Of a DNA stretch of 64,000 nucleotides, positions 61,925 to 64,000 are shown one piece after another (the stretch's first letter is position 1; every line of letters begins with the position of its first letter). The translations under genes were made by a program, and so were the position numbers. This DNA is from Takakia lepidozioides (Eukaryota > Plantae > Bryophyta), in contig CM060732.1 in the NCBI GenBank assembly GCA_030704615.1, forward strand, positions 64,604,001 through 64,668,000, written 5' to 3'. Below the pieces are notes generated by a model. The model saw only the letters and a program-made list of their open reading frames with translations. It did no database searches and was not told the DNA's origin.

Positions 61925-64000
61925 TGTCACGGACATAGCCCAGAGGAACTTACCAGGATTAAATACCATAAGTTATCAAGTTACCATGTTACCAAAAGTT
62001 ACCATAATTTATCATAATTTACCATGATTTATCATAAGTTATCATTAGTTACCAAGCTACCGGGAGTTTATCAAATTACCGAGAGTAACTTGGGAAACTG
62101 CTCAGGAAGCTTCATTTGGAGGAAATTTCTCCATCAAAATACCTCTTTTGTTTAAAGAAACTTCTCCATCAAGAAACATTTGTTTAACCTTGAAAATTTC
62201 TCCATCAAGAAACCTCCATTGGGGAAGCTTCTTAGAGAACTTCCTAGTAGCCAGTATATATAGGAGGCGAGACTGGACACTCTTCAGTTTCGCCAACACA
62301 AATTCAAGCTACTCTTGTTCTCAGTCCCAGTACTCCAGTCCACCTTCCAGTACTCTAGTCCAGTTTCCAGTATCTGGCACCCCAGTCCAGTTTCCAGCAG
62401 TCCAGTATTCAAGTCGAGTTCCAGTATCTTATACTCTTGTCCATTGTTATAAAGATCATCTTGATTCATGTTTACCCATCATGCATTTGGCCACGCCGAC
62501 CTTGACTTATTGTTTAGTCTTGTACCTCTAGTCTGATATCTTGGTTGTGTTCAGTCATGTTCTCGTCTTTGACAGTTTGGCGAGACTAAAGTTTGTTCTT
62601 TAGTTAGATGATATGGAAGACACATTTGCGGAAATGGTCGTCACTTTGCAGAGTCTTCAGCTCCAGATGCAAGAACTTTGTACCTCTACCGTCCAATTAC
62701 AAGCTGATTAGTCTCAAGATCTTGACAACGCTATCCACAATTTGCAACAACAAATTTCAGAGTTAAAGGAGTCGAACAATGGATCTTCAACCATACGAGT
62801 CCCCTACTGCAACAGCTCCTACTGCAACGGTTCATCTTCAACAGATTACGAGAGAACCAAATATCAGCATGCCAGAGAAATTTGATGGGACGAGATCAAG
62901 ATTTCGCGGTTTTGTTCAACAAGTACGATTGTTCCTACGACTACATCCACAACGCTATCCCAATGAAGATATTCAAGTGGGATTCGTGAGCACCCTTCCA
63001 TCAGGCACTGCTCTGTCTTGGTTTGCACCGCTATTAGAAAAAAATTCGCATTTATTATACAATTTTGAAGCGTTTATGTCCGAGTTCACTGCACATTTGG
63101 AGAAAATGATAAAGAGAGAGTTGCTGAGACAAAAATGCGAAATCTTCGACAAGGATCACGTCCTACTTACATTTATGCTGTCGAATTTCAACAACTTACG
63201 TGCAACCTCGACTTGATGTGGGTTAAAAGATGATGTAAAAGATTTATTGCTGACAATACCAAATGTGAGTACACTGAGTGAATTCATCACCCAAGTCATT
63301 GCATGCGATAATCGTTTGTTCGAAAGACGTCAAGACAAACGATCTGGATGGTCGACGACGCATCATGCCACTGCTACTAATGCACTAAACACAACGATCC
63401 ATCAGACATCCGGTAGTGATCATATGCAGATTGATGTTGTCCGATTCAAGCCATTGACGCCACAAGAAAAACAAAGACGACGCTCGAATGGATTATGCCT
63501 CTATTGCGGAGAAGAAAATTATATAGCATTAAACTGCCTCAACAAGAGAAGATTCAAAGCTCGGGGCGCAACTCAAGTGTTCGGTACGAGGAGGTTGGAA
63601 AACAAAAATGTCTAATCACAGTAGGGACCATGCGGCTCGAAACCACAAATTTCTTACAAAAAAAAAAATCTCTTTCTACCTCCAGACCCTACACTTTGCT
63701 TCACAGTTCCGTTAAAATCCAGAGTGCAAAATCATGTTACAAACGATTTCGAATTCAAAGATGACTTACTCTACTTCAAGGGACTTATCTATGTACCTCT
63801 AGGACCTATATGACTTCGAATTCTTCAAACAGGTCATGATCTTCCGGCTGCAGGACATTTCGGCTTGAACAAAACAATGGAATTGATATTCAGGGACTAT
63901 TGGTGGCCGCAGATGTGGAAACTCGTGAAATAATTTATAAAATCTTGCAACACGTGTGTTAGAGCGAAAGGACCACGACATCGACCTTACGGCCTTCTTT
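61925..64000 (+). mobile_element. Second copy of the same Gypsy chromovirus: 5' LTR 61925-62574, gag, then a jump to the integrase Zn-binding region
   Basis: LTR TGTCACGG...TTTGACA is similar to 37926-38562. Peptides: MPEKFDGTRSRFRGF, CLYCGEENY..LNC, GHDLPAAGHFG..KT...YWWP...CNTC. PR/RT/RH are missing at ~63750. Confidence 0.92.

Noticed and set aside
62148-62531. 127-aa ORF with similar copies at 35066-35428 and 37969-38316
   Set aside because: It lies within LTRs, so the similarity reflects LTR identity and internal short repeats.

Overview
Eukaryotic, intron-containing, transposon-dense DNA, most likely from a non-seed land plant such as a moss (inferred from a Tcn1-like chromovirus, moss-type Helitrons and a HeLo/MLKL-like kinase). 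No rRNA, tRNA or CRISPR was seen. From left to right: (1) 1-~16800, a large Mutator-like element with a decayed MULE/SWIM transposase, a convergent Ulp1-protease gene and element-wide AGACC/GGTCT motif arrays. It is split by (2) a 7.5 kb insertion (4299-11806) encoding a decayed P-superfamily-like transposase. (3) Nested MITEs at 16969-18339. (4) The one plausibly intact host gene, a 3-exon helical-bundle + TKL kinase + P-loop GTPase fusion (21648-25067), followed by an orphan hydrolase exon and a LINE relic. (5) A full-length piggyBac (29597-34251, TTAA TSD), a trihelix/Myb ORF, a deleted Gypsy chromovirus, a SWIM fragment and two copies of a fungal-like secreted Cys-rich gene. (6) ~40300-58931, a large multi-gene element carrying a GHTHEDID-type DDE transposase, a ParB/Srx-like gene, three FCP1/NIF-like HAD phosphatase domains and an RNA Pol II CTD-like repeat peptide. 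About 13 copies of a 24-bp palindrome (AACCTCCACTGnnCAGTGGAGGTT) are dispersed across it. (7) A tandem Helitron dimer, a second decayed GHTHEDID transposase and a second chromovirus copy. The best candidate for an undescribed system is (6): a eukaryotic transposon with a ParB/parS-like protein-palindrome pairing plus CTD-phosphatase and CTD-mimic cargo. All family calls come from motif recognition by eye, not from database searches.
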